Counted from the stretch's first letter, positions 32,942 to 43,168 are shown. The stretch: 64,000 nucleotides of DNA from Candidatus Multivoradales bacterium (GCA_965248925.1 CBDFLE010000006.1:96001-160000), one strand, 5' to 3'. Notes: a model not told the origin generated them from the letters alone. Made by a program: numbers and translations.

Positions 32942-35023
32942 CTACTCGATCTCTGTATCGCCCCACGGGTAGTCGATCCGGGGCGGTGGCGGCTCCCCAC
33001 CTTCCCCTTGCAGATAGTGCTCCATCCAACGTAGCAATCGCAGAGTGTAATCGTAGCGTCCGGCAGCCTTGCGGTTGCCGTGGCCCTCGCCGGGATAAAA
33101 CACCAGGCGCACTGGCGTCTTGCCGTGAGTCTTGAGATGGCGATGCAGTTCCATCGACTGGCTGGGATGGACCCGTGGATCGTCTTCACCATGGAGGATC
33201 AAGATCGGCGTCCGGGCTTGCTCGACATAGTAGATCGGGCTGCGCTCTAGAAAGAGCTGCCAGTCATCCCACGGCCAGTGACGATCATGGACCAGGAAGA
33301 GCTCGCGCGGAATGTCAGAGGTTCCCAGCTTGGAGATTTTGTCCGAGATGCCGACAAACATCACCGCGGCGGCGAAACGCTCGGTGTAGTAAGTCGCCCC
33401 CCAGGCCGAGGCGTAGCCGCCGTAGGAGCCGCCGGTGATGCCGACCTTGTCCCGATCCACCAGGCCGGCCTGCACCAGATGGTCCACGCCATCCACCAAA
33501 TCGTCGAACTCCCTACCCGCTGGATCCCCCTGACTGAGCTTGGAGAAGGCCACTCCACGGCCGGTGGAGCCGCGATAATTAGGATAGAAAACGGCAAAAC
33601 CACGAGCCGCCAAGATCTGACCAGGGCGCGAATAGTTGGTCTGCCAGTCATTGGAGAAATGCGATTCAGGCCCGCCGTGAGCGATCAGCACCAGCGGGTA
33701 GCGCTGGCCGGCCTGCGAGTCGAGCGGGCGGATCAGAATGCCTTCGAGTTTCAAACCGTCGCGAGCCTGGTAGCGCACCACCTCCTGGCTCGCCATCCGC
33801 GCCTCGGCGAGCCATGGATTGCTATCCGTCAGACGGCGAACCGCGGACGAGTCGGCGGCGCTCCAAAACACCTCGGCCGGATGCTCGGGGGTCGAACCGA
33901 CCAACGCCAGAGCGCCGCCAGGGGCGACACTGATCTTTTTCCAGGCCGCCGCCGCGGCGACTCGGGCAACGGGCTCCACGTCACCGTCCAGGGCCACCAC
34001 TCCAAGCCGCTTTTCCACCCCCTGGTCGAGCAGGTAGACGATCCGGCTGGAGTTCTGCCAGGCGAGGTCGGTGACATGCCCTTTGACTCCGGGAAGCAGG
34101 TCGCGCAATTCGCCACCGCTGGCCGGCACCACCAGCAGACGCCCCTCCTTGGGATCATTGAGGTCGGCGGCCGAGATCATTGCCAAATAGCTGCCGTCCG
34201 GACCCCAGACGAGCTTGCCCAACTTGCCGGGGTTGGCAACCGAGACAACGCCAAGGGCAGCGCCATCTTCGGTCTCGGCCAAGTCGACAATCCGGATCTG
34301 CTTCCGCATGTAGGAATCGTCGACCAGTGGACTCGGTGCCACCACCACCGCCAGACGCTGGCCGTCAGGGCTCCAATAGACCTCGAATGCCGAGCCCTCG
34401 ACCGTGATCTGCCGCGGCGGGGCCTCGCTGCCAAGCTCACTCACCCACACCAGAGTAGGGCGCCAATCCTCCTCGAAGACCTTCTGATCGAAGCCTTTGT
34501 CGCGCAGCTCAGCGTGTTCAGCCGGCTCTTCGGCCGTGGCCAAGAAAGCCAGCTGGCGACCGTCGGGGCTCCAGCTGTAGGCCTTGATGCCCTCGCTGTG
34601 CTCGACCAAGCGCACTGCTTCGCCGCCGTCTACAGGAATCTCCCAGACCGCGTTCTCCTCGTCATCGTCACGCTTGGCGCGGAAGCTCAGCCGGCGACCG
34701 TCGGGGCTCCAGGCAAGATCCCGCACCTGCTGGTGTCCAGCGATGTAAGGACGGCTGGCGCCGTCACTGCCAACCACATGCAGTTCCCGCCAGGCACGGC
34801 CGTTGTCTTCGCTGAACGGATTGCGTGGCACCGACAAGACATAGGCTACCGCCTCACCCGACGGCGATATCACCGCTTCCTCTACCGTCCGCAAACGAGC
34901 AATATCTTCGGGCGCCATGCCGCGGTCAGCCGCTAGCAGCGGGTTGAACATCGCCATCGACCCGGCGATCGCTAGCAAAAATCCGCAGGTGATCCGGAAC
35001 GACGAGGTCGTCTGTCGCTGCAT
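32942..35023 (-). CDS. S9 family peptidase (DPP/acylaminoacyl type)
   Basis: WSPDG propeller repeats, HGGP, GGSYGG, DPRV, EGH catalytic triad. Confidence 0.93.
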   Translation of the reverse strand: MQRQTTSSFRITCGFLLAIAGSMAMFNPLLAADRGMAPEDIARLRTVEEAVISPSGEAVAYVLSVPRNPFSEDNGRAWRELHVVGSDGASRPYIAGHQQVRDLAWSPDGRRLSFRAKRDDDEENAVWEIPVDGGEAVRLVEHSEGIKAYSWSPDGRQLAFLATAEEPAEHAELRDKGFDQKVFEEDWRPTLVWVSELGSEAPPRQITVEGSAFEVYWSPDGQRLAVVVAPSPLVDDSYMRKQIRIVDLAETEDGAALGVVSVANPGKLGKLVWGPDGSYLAMISAADLNDPKEGRLLVVPASGGELRDLLPGVKGHVTDLAWQNSSRIVYLLDQGVEKRLGVVALDGDVEPVARVAAAAAWKKISVAPGGALALVGSTPEHPAEVFWSAADSSAVRRLTDSNPWLAEARMASQEVVRYQARDGLKLEGILIRPLDSQAGQRYPLVLIAHGGPESHFSNDWQTNYSRPGQILAARGFAVFYPNYRGSTGRGVAFSKLSQGDPAGREFDDLVDGVDHLVQAGLVDRDKVGITGGSYGGYASAWGATYYTERFAAAVMFVGISDKISKLGTSDIPRELFLVHDRHWPWDDWQLFLERSPIYYVEQARTPILILHGEDDPRVHPSQSMELHRHLKTHGKTPVRLVFYPGEGHGNRKAAGRYDYTLRLLRWMEHYLQGEGGEPPPPRIDYPWGDTEIE

Positions 35024-35245
35024 TTCTAGCTCCTGTGACTTGTGACTCGATGGGGTCGGATGAGAACATCCTAACCCAGCCTCCGTATCTTGCGAAGAGG
35101 CCGGCGAAGACCGCCACGAAAGCTGGTGGCCGCAGTCATCACCACCACCGAACCGGGGAGAAACCAGAGGTCCCGAAGAGCCGATCTTCGAACCCAGAAG
35201 CCGCTCAATTCAGCCCGTTTTTCTACACCTTTGGGGAGCGCCCCA

Positions 35246-36225
35246 ATGACCACTCTCGACCCTACCCACAAGCCAGCCGGGCAACTCGAAGGCTCGGTTT
35301 CCGACCCGACAGCCGCCCAGCGACCAAGCATGGCCAACAAGCCGCTCAGACTGCCCAACAAACCTGCCTTGCTGGCAACCAAGCCGGCGCGGCTGCCAAG
35401 TCAGGCCCCCGTATCGACCCGGCTGCCACCGGCGACCGATCTGCCCGTGGTTCAAGGCCGTCCCTTCGCCAAGCCCTTCCAGCTACCGCTGCGACCAGTG
35501 GCGGAAGCACGCGACCCGCAAAGCGGCGACGCCCTGGGCCATTTGGTCAGCCAAAGCCAAACGCCAGTGGCCGGCAAGCCAATGCGACGAGCGATTCTCA
35601 AGAGCCTACGCGGGGCGGGCGGCTGGCCAACAGGTTCGGCACCGACCAGCTGATCGAGCGCCTGGCTGCGGCCCGCAGCCGCTTGCGGGCCAAGATCTGG
35701 CGCCGGGCTTGCTCCGTGCTCTCTCCGGTCGCAATCGCGAACAACTTGCAGGCTTGCAGTGGGCCAACCTGCGAGACGGCCTGGATAAGGCCGGCGTCGA
35801 GCTGACGCCTACGGCCAGCAAAGTCGTCGACGCCTATCGCCAGCTAGCCAGCGACCTGCGCGACGATGGCCGCGTGGGCGCCACTCGCAAAGAGCTCAGG
35901 AGCCTGATTCGCAACCAGGAGGAGATTTTGTCGGCCAGCGGATTCGGCCGCGTCTCGACGCTGGTGCTAGCGCCGCCCTCGAAGGTTTCGACCAGCTGCC
36001 CCAGCCGGTCTCGGGGAGCGATTTGGCACAGCTCATCTACGCCGGCACCAACGACCGAGACGGCAATGTCCTCAACGAGTTCCGCACTTTCCGTCGGGGT
36101 CTGCGTCAACACCAGGACCAGCTCGATCCGCAGGCGCGGCAGGTCTTCGACGTATTGCGAAAATACGCCGCCGAAGTACGCCGCGGCGATGGCTTGCCCA
36201 GCGGGCGCTACGAGTCGTTCTTGGC
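35246..36225 (+). pseudogene. Frameshifted hypothetical gene fused to an IS1 remnant
   Basis: ATG 35246 after GGGGAG. Coding-like segments hop across ORFs 35090-35653, 35709-36251 and 36023-36430. Confidence 0.4.
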
Positions 36226-36760
36226 CGACCTGGAAAAAGAGAGCAAGCTGATCTTGGCCCACCACTTGGGCCACCGCACGGCAGTCGACACCTCGTTCTT
36301 CATCGGCAAGCTCGACCGCGCGACCAAAGGCGGGTTCCAGCTCTCGACCGATGGTCTGGACTCCTACGCAGATACGGTAGTTCACCAGCTCGGCACCCGC
36401 GTTCAGTATGGTCAGATCATCGAGACCTAGGGCGCCGACTCCAAGGAAGATCAACGCCGGTACTCACCGGCGACGATAATAGCCAGTGAGAAGCGGGCCA
36501 TCCACGGCAAGCCCGACAAAGCCAAGATCTGCACCAGCCACATCGAGCGCCAGAATCTGAATCTGCGCATACGGATGCGCCGCCTGACACACTTGACCAA
36601 CGGCTTCTCCAAGAAGTGGGCGAACCTACGGGCAGCCGTGGCTCTTGAGATGGCCCACCACAACTTCTGCCGTATCCACGGCTCGCTGCGCTGCACCCCC
36701 GCAATGAAGGCTGATCTCTGCAAAGGGACCTGGTCGGTAAGCGATCTGGTGACGGCTTGA
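36226..36760 (+). pseudogene. IS1-family transposase, C-terminal remnant with nonsense codon
   Basis: SKLILAHHLGHRT...QLSTDG...QYGQIIET*(TAG 36428-36430)...RRYSPA...ICTSHIERQNLNLRIRMRRLTHLTNGFSKK...TPAM. Confidence 0.82.
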
Positions 36761-36775
36761 TGTCTCTGCGGAAAG

Positions 36776-37159
36776 CTAGGTCACCTGAGCTTTGATGAGA
36801 ATCCGTGTCGCACGAAGTAGTTTCACGCGCAACTCCGGCGCTTTCTTGCCTGAGACATCGGTGTGCGCGCGGTTTCCAATCTCTCGATCTGGAGTGTGAC
36901 AAACCTTGAGACCAGCGCTTCGTGCGTTGCCGGCGGCAAATTCGATCACCGCATTGTCTCGTGGCACCTTACCTCGAGCTAATGTCTCTGAAGGACTAGC
37001 GTACTTGCTCCAGTCTGTTGACATCGCACCTCCATGGTCACGAAACACACCGGGTAGGAGGTCACCACCCGAGAAGAAACCCCTGTGGGCGCGCATGAAC
37101 AGCATGTCCGGGTCCGGCACTTCCTCCGGTGCCCAGACGCCTATTTCTTTATCAGCCAA
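36776..37159 (-). CDS. Small hypothetical protein, ADP-ribosyltransferase/RES-like motif pattern
   Basis: LFMR...VF...MSTDW...HTP...NRAHTDV. TTG start overlaps the upstream gene's end. Confidence 0.6.
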   Translation of the reverse strand: MADKEIGVWAPEEVPDPDMLFMRAHRGFFSGGDLLPGVFRDHGGAMSTDWSKYASPSETLARGKVPRDNAVIEFAAGNARSAGLKVCHTPDREIGNRAHTDVSGKKAPELRVKLLRATRILIKAQVT

Positions 37160-37743
37160 TACAGCAATCCAGCAGTTGCGGCCGTTGGCTCAAGCGTGCC
37201 TTGAATCTTCTGGTTACCGTAGTCGTCTCCATAAAACTCAAGCGGTTCGGTATTTGCTTGTGGAACAGTAACCAGCAACTCAAAGCCCTTGGTCTTCCAA
37301 TACAGATCTACATTCCCTTCCGGGCCGGGTCCAAGTACCGGAGCTGGCATAGAGCGCCCCAGCTCTTCTCGGAATGCCTTCGCCTCAGCCCGGAGGAAGT
37401 TGGCAGCGCGTTCCCAGGTTTCGCGACGATAGCCCGGACTACCGGCACCGTCCCAGTCCGACTCAAGCCTGTAGATGTGGCGCGAGGATTCAATCTCCTC
37501 CTCAATACTCCTGGCCAGGTCCCGCTTCCTGTACGACTGCTCCGCTCTTCCGGCATCGAAAGAAAGTATCGAAGCAGCACTGTGCCCCAACTCAAAAGAA
37601 CTCTCTCCAAACGAGGAGTCTGGCTCGAACTTCGAAGGGCTCCATTGATCGATCGTCCGCGGCGTTCTTGGCGTATGACTCTGCCAATCGAGTGCGTGTC
37701 GTGCCGATCGACAAGTATCACCTTGAAGGGAATCAGTGCTCAT
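37141..37743 (-). CDS. Hypothetical 'WDG'-motif protein
   Basis: LESDWDGAGS...AANFL...PVLGPGPEGNVDLYW. ATGA-coupled to the upstream gene. Confidence 0.75.
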   Translation of the reverse strand: MSTDSLQGDTCRSARHALDWQSHTPRTPRTIDQWSPSKFEPDSSFGESSFELGHSAASILSFDAGRAEQSYRKRDLARSIEEEIESSRHIYRLESDWDGAGSPGYRRETWERAANFLRAEAKAFREELGRSMPAPVLGPGPEGNVDLYWKTKGFELLVTVPQANTEPLEFYGDDYGNQKIQGTLEPTAATAGLLYWLIKK

Positions 37744-38393
37744 TCTGGCTCCAGCAATGTGAGATCGGTTCTCGCCGCGAATTCTCGGAGGCTTTCGTCC
37801 TTTCTCAAAGCGCGCTCGACGACCTGCGACAGGTCCTTGAGATCACTCCTCTTCAAACCGATGAAGATCTCCTGCACGTCCCGACCTTCGTGATAAACAA
37901 CGCGCATCGTGTGCATAATTAGGGCCGCCGTCGGCTGTTCCTCGGGCTCCCCAAAGGCTGGCCGCAAATCCGTAAAGATCTCAGAGGTACAGAGAGTATT
38001 TGCTTGGCGCCGGCGGAGACGGTACGCTTTTGACAACAAGCCAAGCGAAGAGTCGAGGGTAAAGAGGCGGTCAAAGAACCTCTCTAAGTTGTCCTGGTCT
38101 ACTATTGCTGAAGAAAGTCTTTCGTCTGACTCGATTGTATCCACGAGTTCAGAAGTGGTCAGTGTCTTGCTGGCGTGTGATTCATAGATACCCAGCAGCA
38201 TATAGAGAATGTCCGTTGCCTCCTCCAGGCCAACGCCAGCTGCTTGGGAGAGCGAGCCTTCTTTCCCGCCTGCGGCCAGGGCAGCGTCGTGTTCCTCGAC
38301 GCAGTCCAATAACGCAAATCGCTTTTCGCTATCTAGACCCACGAGGATCTGGAGCGGTTCTATGTGACTTGGTGGAATCCGCAATCTCGCCAT
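37740..38393 (-). CDS. Hypothetical protein, COMM-domain-like architecture
   Basis: ATG 38393 after GGAG. Helical N-domain, then SEIFTDLRPAF / ALIMHTMRVVY / EIFIGL strands and a long amphipathic helix DLKDLSQVVERALRK. Confidence 0.65.
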   Translation of the reverse strand: MARLRIPPSHIEPLQILVGLDSEKRFALLDCVEEHDAALAAGGKEGSLSQAAGVGLEEATDILYMLLGIYESHASKTLTTSELVDTIESDERLSSAIVDQDNLERFFDRLFTLDSSLGLLSKAYRLRRRQANTLCTSEIFTDLRPAFGEPEEQPTAALIMHTMRVVYHEGRDVQEIFIGLKRSDLKDLSQVVERALRKDESLREFAARTDLTLLEPE

Positions 38394-38544
38394 CTCGATC
38401 AACTCCAGCAGGAATCGTGCCGTTCGCCGGTTTTCTCGGCTAGGCATCCACCGATTTGGTGCCATGGAAGCGGTAGCCAGCGCGGCGGGCCGAGCAACGG
38501 GGTGCCCGGCGTTCAGCGGCCGGACCTAGCCGCGCCTGAAGATT

Positions 38545-39162
38545 CTACCAGATGCCGCGCCGGGAGAGGAGAACCCAGCGGCCGAGCGCACCGACAATCA
38601 AGTGGTCCACTAGCTTGACGCCAATCAATTCGCTAGCCTCTGCCATCCGCTCGGTGAAGAGCAGATCCTCGTTGCTCGGCGACGGGTCGCCGCTGGCGTG
38701 GATGTGAAAGATGATCAGCTTCACGGCGTGGTGCTGGAATGCTTCGCTCAAGATCGGTCCAGGCTCAGCCGCTGCTCGGGTGGCTATGCCGCGGAAAATC
38801 TCGCGCGCGGCGATCAGCCGGTGGCGGCAGTCGAGGTAGATCGCGCCGAGAACCTGTTGGTCAAGCTCGCAGTACTTCATCGCCACGTACTCGGCCAGGG
38901 CTATCGGCTGATCGAGCAATCTGCGGCGGTCTAGCTGATGCTCGGCCAGCCGCCGCACAAGCTCACCAGCGGCCAGCACCACAGTTGCTCTCCCCTCGGT
39001 GGCACCGTTGCGGCGCAAGACTGGCCTGGCGGCGCGCAGCAAACCTCTCAGACCGCCAGCAGCCGACAGAAAGCGCTCTGCCACCTTCTCTGCCAACCGG
39101 TACCTCAGCTGCTCAACATCCGTCAGGACGGCCGCTCCGTGGCGTAGCAGCCGGTCGCGCAT
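38545..39162 (-). CDS. radC: RadC/JAB-domain protein, possibly degenerate
   Basis: MRDRLLRHGAAVLTDVE, YLDCRHRLI, HIHASGDPSPSNED, LVDHLIVG. The HxHP proline is replaced by Ala. Confidence 0.8.
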   Translation of the reverse strand: MRDRLLRHGAAVLTDVEQLRYRLAEKVAERFLSAAGGLRGLLRAARPVLRRNGATEGRATVVLAAGELVRRLAEHQLDRRRLLDQPIALAEYVAMKYCELDQQVLGAIYLDCRHRLIAAREIFRGIATRAAAEPGPILSEAFQHHAVKLIIFHIHASGDPSPSNEDLLFTERMAEASELIGVKLVDHLIVGALGRWVLLSRRGIW

Positions 39163-39456
39163 TGGCTGGTTCCTTTGCGTGGCTAGGCTCTGGCGCCGGT
39201 TGCCGCCGCCGTCAGAGCCGCTTGGTGGTAGGGTGGAGACGGTCACCCCCTCGGCTTCGCGGCGAACGTACCACCCGTCCGCCCGCCTTTCACCCGCCCC
39301 TATCGGACCAACACAGTCTTAGGACACCACCGAGTCGGTTGCAGCTGCCAGGCTCGACAACGTTCTCTGATAGGCTCCGCCGGCATTCGCAACCGCGTTC
39401 TGCCCCTGCCAAACGTTGCTCGTATCCCCCATCTCGCTGGGAGTCTTGATCGCTTC

Positions 39457-40479
39457 ATGAGCCGACCCTCCCCCATCCTCGCCCCTCCGCCACCGACCCA
39501 CTGGCCTCGCCGGCCGCGGCAGGTGAGCTTGGTATGCCCAGTCTTTCGCGAGGCCGAGGGCATCGCCACCTTCACTGCCGCCTTGCTGGCGGTGCTCGAT
39601 GAGCTGGGCTTTCCCTACGAGGTGATTTTCGTCGAAGACGACTCGCCGGACGACACTCTGGGGGAGCTGCGGCGGCTGCACGCCAAGCATGGCAATGTGC
39701 TCAAGGTGCTGTCGATGTCGCGTCGCTTTGGCCACCAGAGTTCACTCGCCGCCGGCCTGCGCTACGCCAGCGGCGAGGTGGTGATTTGCATGGATTCGGA
39801 CTTGCAACACCCGCCGGAGCTGATTCCGGAGATGCTGTGGCGCTGGGCCGGCGGTGATCAGTTGGTCTACACCCGGCGGCGCCATCAACGGGACCGCGGA
39901 CGGCTGAAGGAAACCGCCTCGCGGCTGTTCTACCGCCTGATGGACCGAGCTACCGATGTGCGCTTCGAGGAGGGCACCGCCGATTTCCGACTGATGGATC
40001 AGGTGGTGGTGGAGGCGCTCAATCGCTTCGGCGAACGCTTCTTGCTCTTCCGCGGTCTGGTCAGTTGGATCGGTTTCCGCCGCTCAGTGTTGGAGTACGA
40101 CGCTCCCCCTCGCTTTGCCGGCGAGAGCAGCTACACCTGGGGGCGAATGATGAAGATGGCTCTTGATGGGCTGTTTGCCTTCTCACTGCTGCCGCTGCGC
40201 TTCAGCTTCATCCTCGGCTTCGTCACCCTGCTGTGCTCCGGCGCCTATGGGCTGTATTCGATCATCATCCATCTCCTCGGCCGGGTCGAAGTCGAGGGCT
40301 ACACTTCGTTGGTGCTGCTGGTGCTGTTCCTCGGCAGCCTGAACCTACTCTGCCTGGGAATCGTCGGCGAGTATGTAGGCCGGATCCACGAGCAGGTCAA
40401 GGGGCGGCCATTGTACTTGGTGAAAGAGTGGGTGGGCTTCGAAGGCGACTCCCAACAACTGCCGAGGGAGCATTCTTGA
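39457..40479 (+). CDS. GT2 polyprenol-phosphate glycosyltransferase (GtrB/ArnC-like)
   Basis: VEDDSPD, SRRFGHQ, MDSDLQHPPE, ADFRLMD, two C-terminal TMs. Confidence 0.92.
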   Translation: MSRPSPILAPPPPTHWPRRPRQVSLVCPVFREAEGIATFTAALLAVLDELGFPYEVIFVEDDSPDDTLGELRRLHAKHGNVLKVLSMSRRFGHQSSLAAGLRYASGEVVICMDSDLQHPPELIPEMLWRWAGGDQLVYTRRRHQRDRGRLKETASRLFYRLMDRATDVRFEEGTADFRLMDQVVVEALNRFGERFLLFRGLVSWIGFRRSVLEYDAPPRFAGESSYTWGRMMKMALDGLFAFSLLPLRFSFILGFVTLLCSGAYGLYSIIIHLLGRVEVEGYTSLVLLVLFLGSLNLLCLGIVGEYVGRIHEQVKGRPLYLVKEWVGFEGDSQQLPREHS

Positions 40480-41462
40480 GCGCTCCTCACCAGGTCTTGG
40501 TCACCGGCGCTGGCGGCTTTATCGGCAGCCATCTGTGCGAAGCGCTGCTCACGGCTGGCCACCAGGTTCGCGCTTTGGTGCGCTACACCTCGCACGGTGG
40601 CAGCGGTTGGCTGGCCGAGGTGCCACCCTACCTCGCCGACGGGTTGGAAGTCTTCTACGGCGATATCCGCGACAGCCGAGCGGTGCGCGAAGCGGTCAGC
40701 GGCTGTCAGACGATTTTCCATCTGGCGGCGCTGATCGGCATTCCCTACTCCTACCGCGCGCCTCGTTCCTATGTCGAAGTCAATATCGGCGGCACTCTCA
40801 ATGTGCTCGAAGCGGCTCGCGATCTGCAAGTCGGCAGAACACTGGTGACCAGCACTAGTGAAGTCTACGGTAGTGCCCAATACACCCCCATTGACGAACG
40901 CCATCCGCTGCAAGGTCAGTCGCCCTATTCGGCGTCGAAGATCGGCGCCGACCACCTGGCGGAGAGCTACCACCGCTCCTTCGACCTGCCGGTGGCAATC
41001 GTCCGACCCTTCAACACTTATGGTCCCAGGCAGAGCGCGCGGGCGATCATCCCGACCATCCTCAGCCAGGCGCTGAGCGGCGACTCGCTGCACCTGGGCA
41101 ACTTGGAACCGGTGCGGGATCTGGTTTTCGTCGAGGATACCGCCGCTGGCTTCCTCGCCCTGGCCGCCGCCGACGACGCCCTCGGGGTGGCGACCAACCT
41201 GGCCACCGGCAGCGGCGTGTCGATCGCTGAGCTGGTCGATAAAGTGAGGCAGCTGCTCGGCAAGGAATTACCGGTACGAGGCGAGGCGAGGCGGCGGCGA
41301 CCGGACTCGAGCGAAGTCTTCAAACTGATCGGCAGCACCGAATGCGCCGCGCAGCGAGCCAGCTGGCATTCGCGAGTCGATCTCGACCAAGGCCTGGAGC
41401 GCACTCTGGCCTGGGTTCGCGACCATCTGGACCAATTCGATGTGCAAACCTACAGCGTCTGA
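40476..41462 (+). CDS. NAD-dependent nucleotide-sugar 4,6-dehydratase (LegB-like SDR)
   Basis: TTG 40476. TGAGGFIG, HLAALIGIPYSY, STSEVYG, YSASK, RPFNTYGPRQS. Confidence 0.9.
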   Translation: MSAPHQVLVTGAGGFIGSHLCEALLTAGHQVRALVRYTSHGGSGWLAEVPPYLADGLEVFYGDIRDSRAVREAVSGCQTIFHLAALIGIPYSYRAPRSYVEVNIGGTLNVLEAARDLQVGRTLVTSTSEVYGSAQYTPIDERHPLQGQSPYSASKIGADHLAESYHRSFDLPVAIVRPFNTYGPRQSARAIIPTILSQALSGDSLHLGNLEPVRDLVFVEDTAAGFLALAAADDALGVATNLATGSGVSIAELVDKVRQLLGKELPVRGEARRRRPDSSEVFKLIGSTECAAQRASWHSRVDLDQGLERTLAWVRDHLDQFDVQTYSV

Positions 41463-41501
41463 GTCCCAGGCAGCCAGAGCCAAAGCGACAGGAGGCAGCC
41501 G

Positions 41502-42251
41502 ATGCGCGCGGTGATCCTGGCTGGTGGCCGAGGAACCCGACTGGCGCCCTACACCACGGTCATTCCGAAACCCCTGCTGCCGGTGGGGGAAACGCCGATC
41601 CTGGAAATCGTGCTGCGCCAACTGGCCGCCGCCGGTTTCGATCACATCACTCTCACCTTGGGATGGATGGCCGCCTACTTCCGCACTTTTATCGACCAAC
41701 GATCCGACCTGCGCCGGCTGGCTCGAATCGATTTCATCGAGGAGCTGCAACCCACTGGTACCGCCGGCAGCCTGGCCTCGGTCGAGGGGCTCAGAGACGG
41801 CCCTTTCCTGGTGATGAACGGGGACTTGCTGACCACTCTTGACTACGCGGCACTGATTGATTTCCACCTCCGTCGCCAGGCCGAGCTGACCATCGCCCTG
41901 CACCAGAAGCCGGTACCGATCGATCTCGGGGTGGTCGAGACCGCCAGCGACGGCGAGCGGGTCACCGGCTACGTCGAGAAGCCGACTTTGCGCTACACCG
42001 TCAGCATGGGGGTCTACATCTACAATCCCAGCGTGCTGGATGAGATTGTCCCCGGCCAGTACCTTGATTTTCCCAGTCTCGCGCTGCGCCTGATCGACCA
42101 GGGACGAGCCGTCTTCGGCTATCCCAACGACGCCTACTGGCTCGATCTCGGCCGCCCAGAGGATCTCGAACTGGCGCAGCAGATCTTCGCCGAGCGCGGC
42201 GATGAGTTCTTGCCCCCGAACACCGGACCGGCAGCGGAAGCAAGCAAGTGA
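41502..42251 (+). CDS. Sugar-phosphate nucleotidyltransferase
   Basis: LAGGRGTRLAPYT..PKPL, GTAG, MNGD, WLDLG. Confidence 0.92.
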   Translation: MRAVILAGGRGTRLAPYTTVIPKPLLPVGETPILEIVLRQLAAAGFDHITLTLGWMAAYFRTFIDQRSDLRRLARIDFIEELQPTGTAGSLASVEGLRDGPFLVMNGDLLTTLDYAALIDFHLRRQAELTIALHQKPVPIDLGVVETASDGERVTGYVEKPTLRYTVSMGVYIYNPSVLDEIVPGQYLDFPSLALRLIDQGRAVFGYPNDAYWLDLGRPEDLELAQQIFAERGDEFLPPNTGPAAEASK

Positions 42252-43168
42252 GCCGGGTCCTGGTTCTGGCGGCGAATTCATTCGTCGGCCGTTGGCTGGT
42301 GCGCGAACTCGGCGCGCGCGGCCATCAGCTGATTACCGCCGCGCGCTCCGACGACGCTGATCTGCGTTGTGACTTGGGCCGCGCTGAAGAAGTCATGGCA
42401 GCGGTCAGCAGCAGCCACCCCGAGTGCATTGTCAACTGCGCTGGCGCCACCACTCGGCGCGATCCTGAAACCCTCTACAACGTCCATCTGGGCGGTGCTC
42501 ACCGGCTGCTCGAAGCGGTGCGTGAAGCGGCGCCGGCAGCATTGACGATTTTTCTCGGCAGCGCCGCTGAGTATGGTCCGGTGTCAGCCGAGGAGCTGCC
42601 GATCTCGGAGCAGCTGGAGGCGCGGCCGGCAGGGTTCTTCGGCGCCAGCAAGCTAGCCCAAACCCAACTCGCCCAAGCCGCCGCCGTGGAGTGGGGCCTC
42701 TCGAGCCTGGTACTGCGGCCGTTCAACATTCTGGGTCCAGGAACGCCCGCGCACTACCTCCCAGGCGCCCTGGCAAGCCGTTTGCGTCGGCGCCTGGCCG
42801 AAGGCCGTCTCAAGGCTCCGCTAGCGCTGGTCAACGGCGCCGCCAGCCGCGATTTTATCGATGTTCGAGATGTTGCCAACGCCACCGCCGACCTGCTTGA
42901 GCACCACCTGCCCAAGGCTGCCCCGCAGTGCGAGATCTACAACATCGCCAGCGGTAGTGAGACCACCGTGCTCGACCTCGCCCAAGGTCTCAGCTCCCTG
43001 GCCATCCCCGGCCTGCGAGTCGTCGACGCGGGCGTCGCAGAGGGGCGCAGCAGCGTCTTCCGCAGCCGGGCGCGGATCGGCAAGCTGAGCCAAGCCACTG
43101 GCTGGCGAGCGCAACTCACCCTCGATACTAGCCTACGCGATCTGTGGTGTTCGAGCGCTGCGCTGTAG
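42248..43168 (+). CDS. NAD-dependent epimerase/reductase (Rmd-like SDR)
   Basis: GSAAEYG, FGASK, RPFNILGP, RDFIDVRD. Confidence 0.82.
   Translation: MSRVLVLAANSFVGRWLVRELGARGHQLITAARSDDADLRCDLGRAEEVMAAVSSSHPECIVNCAGATTRRDPETLYNVHLGGAHRLLEAVREAAPAALTIFLGSAAEYGPVSAEELPISEQLEARPAGFFGASKLAQTQLAQAAAVEWGLSSLVLRPFNILGPGTPAHYLPGALASRLRRRLAEGRLKAPLALVNGAASRDFIDVRDVANATADLLEHHLPKAAPQCEIYNIASGSETTVLDLAQGLSSLAIPGLRVVDAGVAEGRSSVFRSRARIGKLSQATGWRAQLTLDTSLRDLWCSSAAL

Noticed and set aside
33278-34936. Long antisense ORFs (also 14841-15797, 41268-42281, 49880-50815, 3438-4400)
   Set aside because: Shadows of genuine high-GC genes on the opposite strand, with no family motifs.
39457-43168. Nucleotide-sugar cluster as a novel pathway
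   Set aside because: Ordinary GT2/dehydratase/nucleotidyltransferase/reductase set; the sugar product cannot be determined from sequence.
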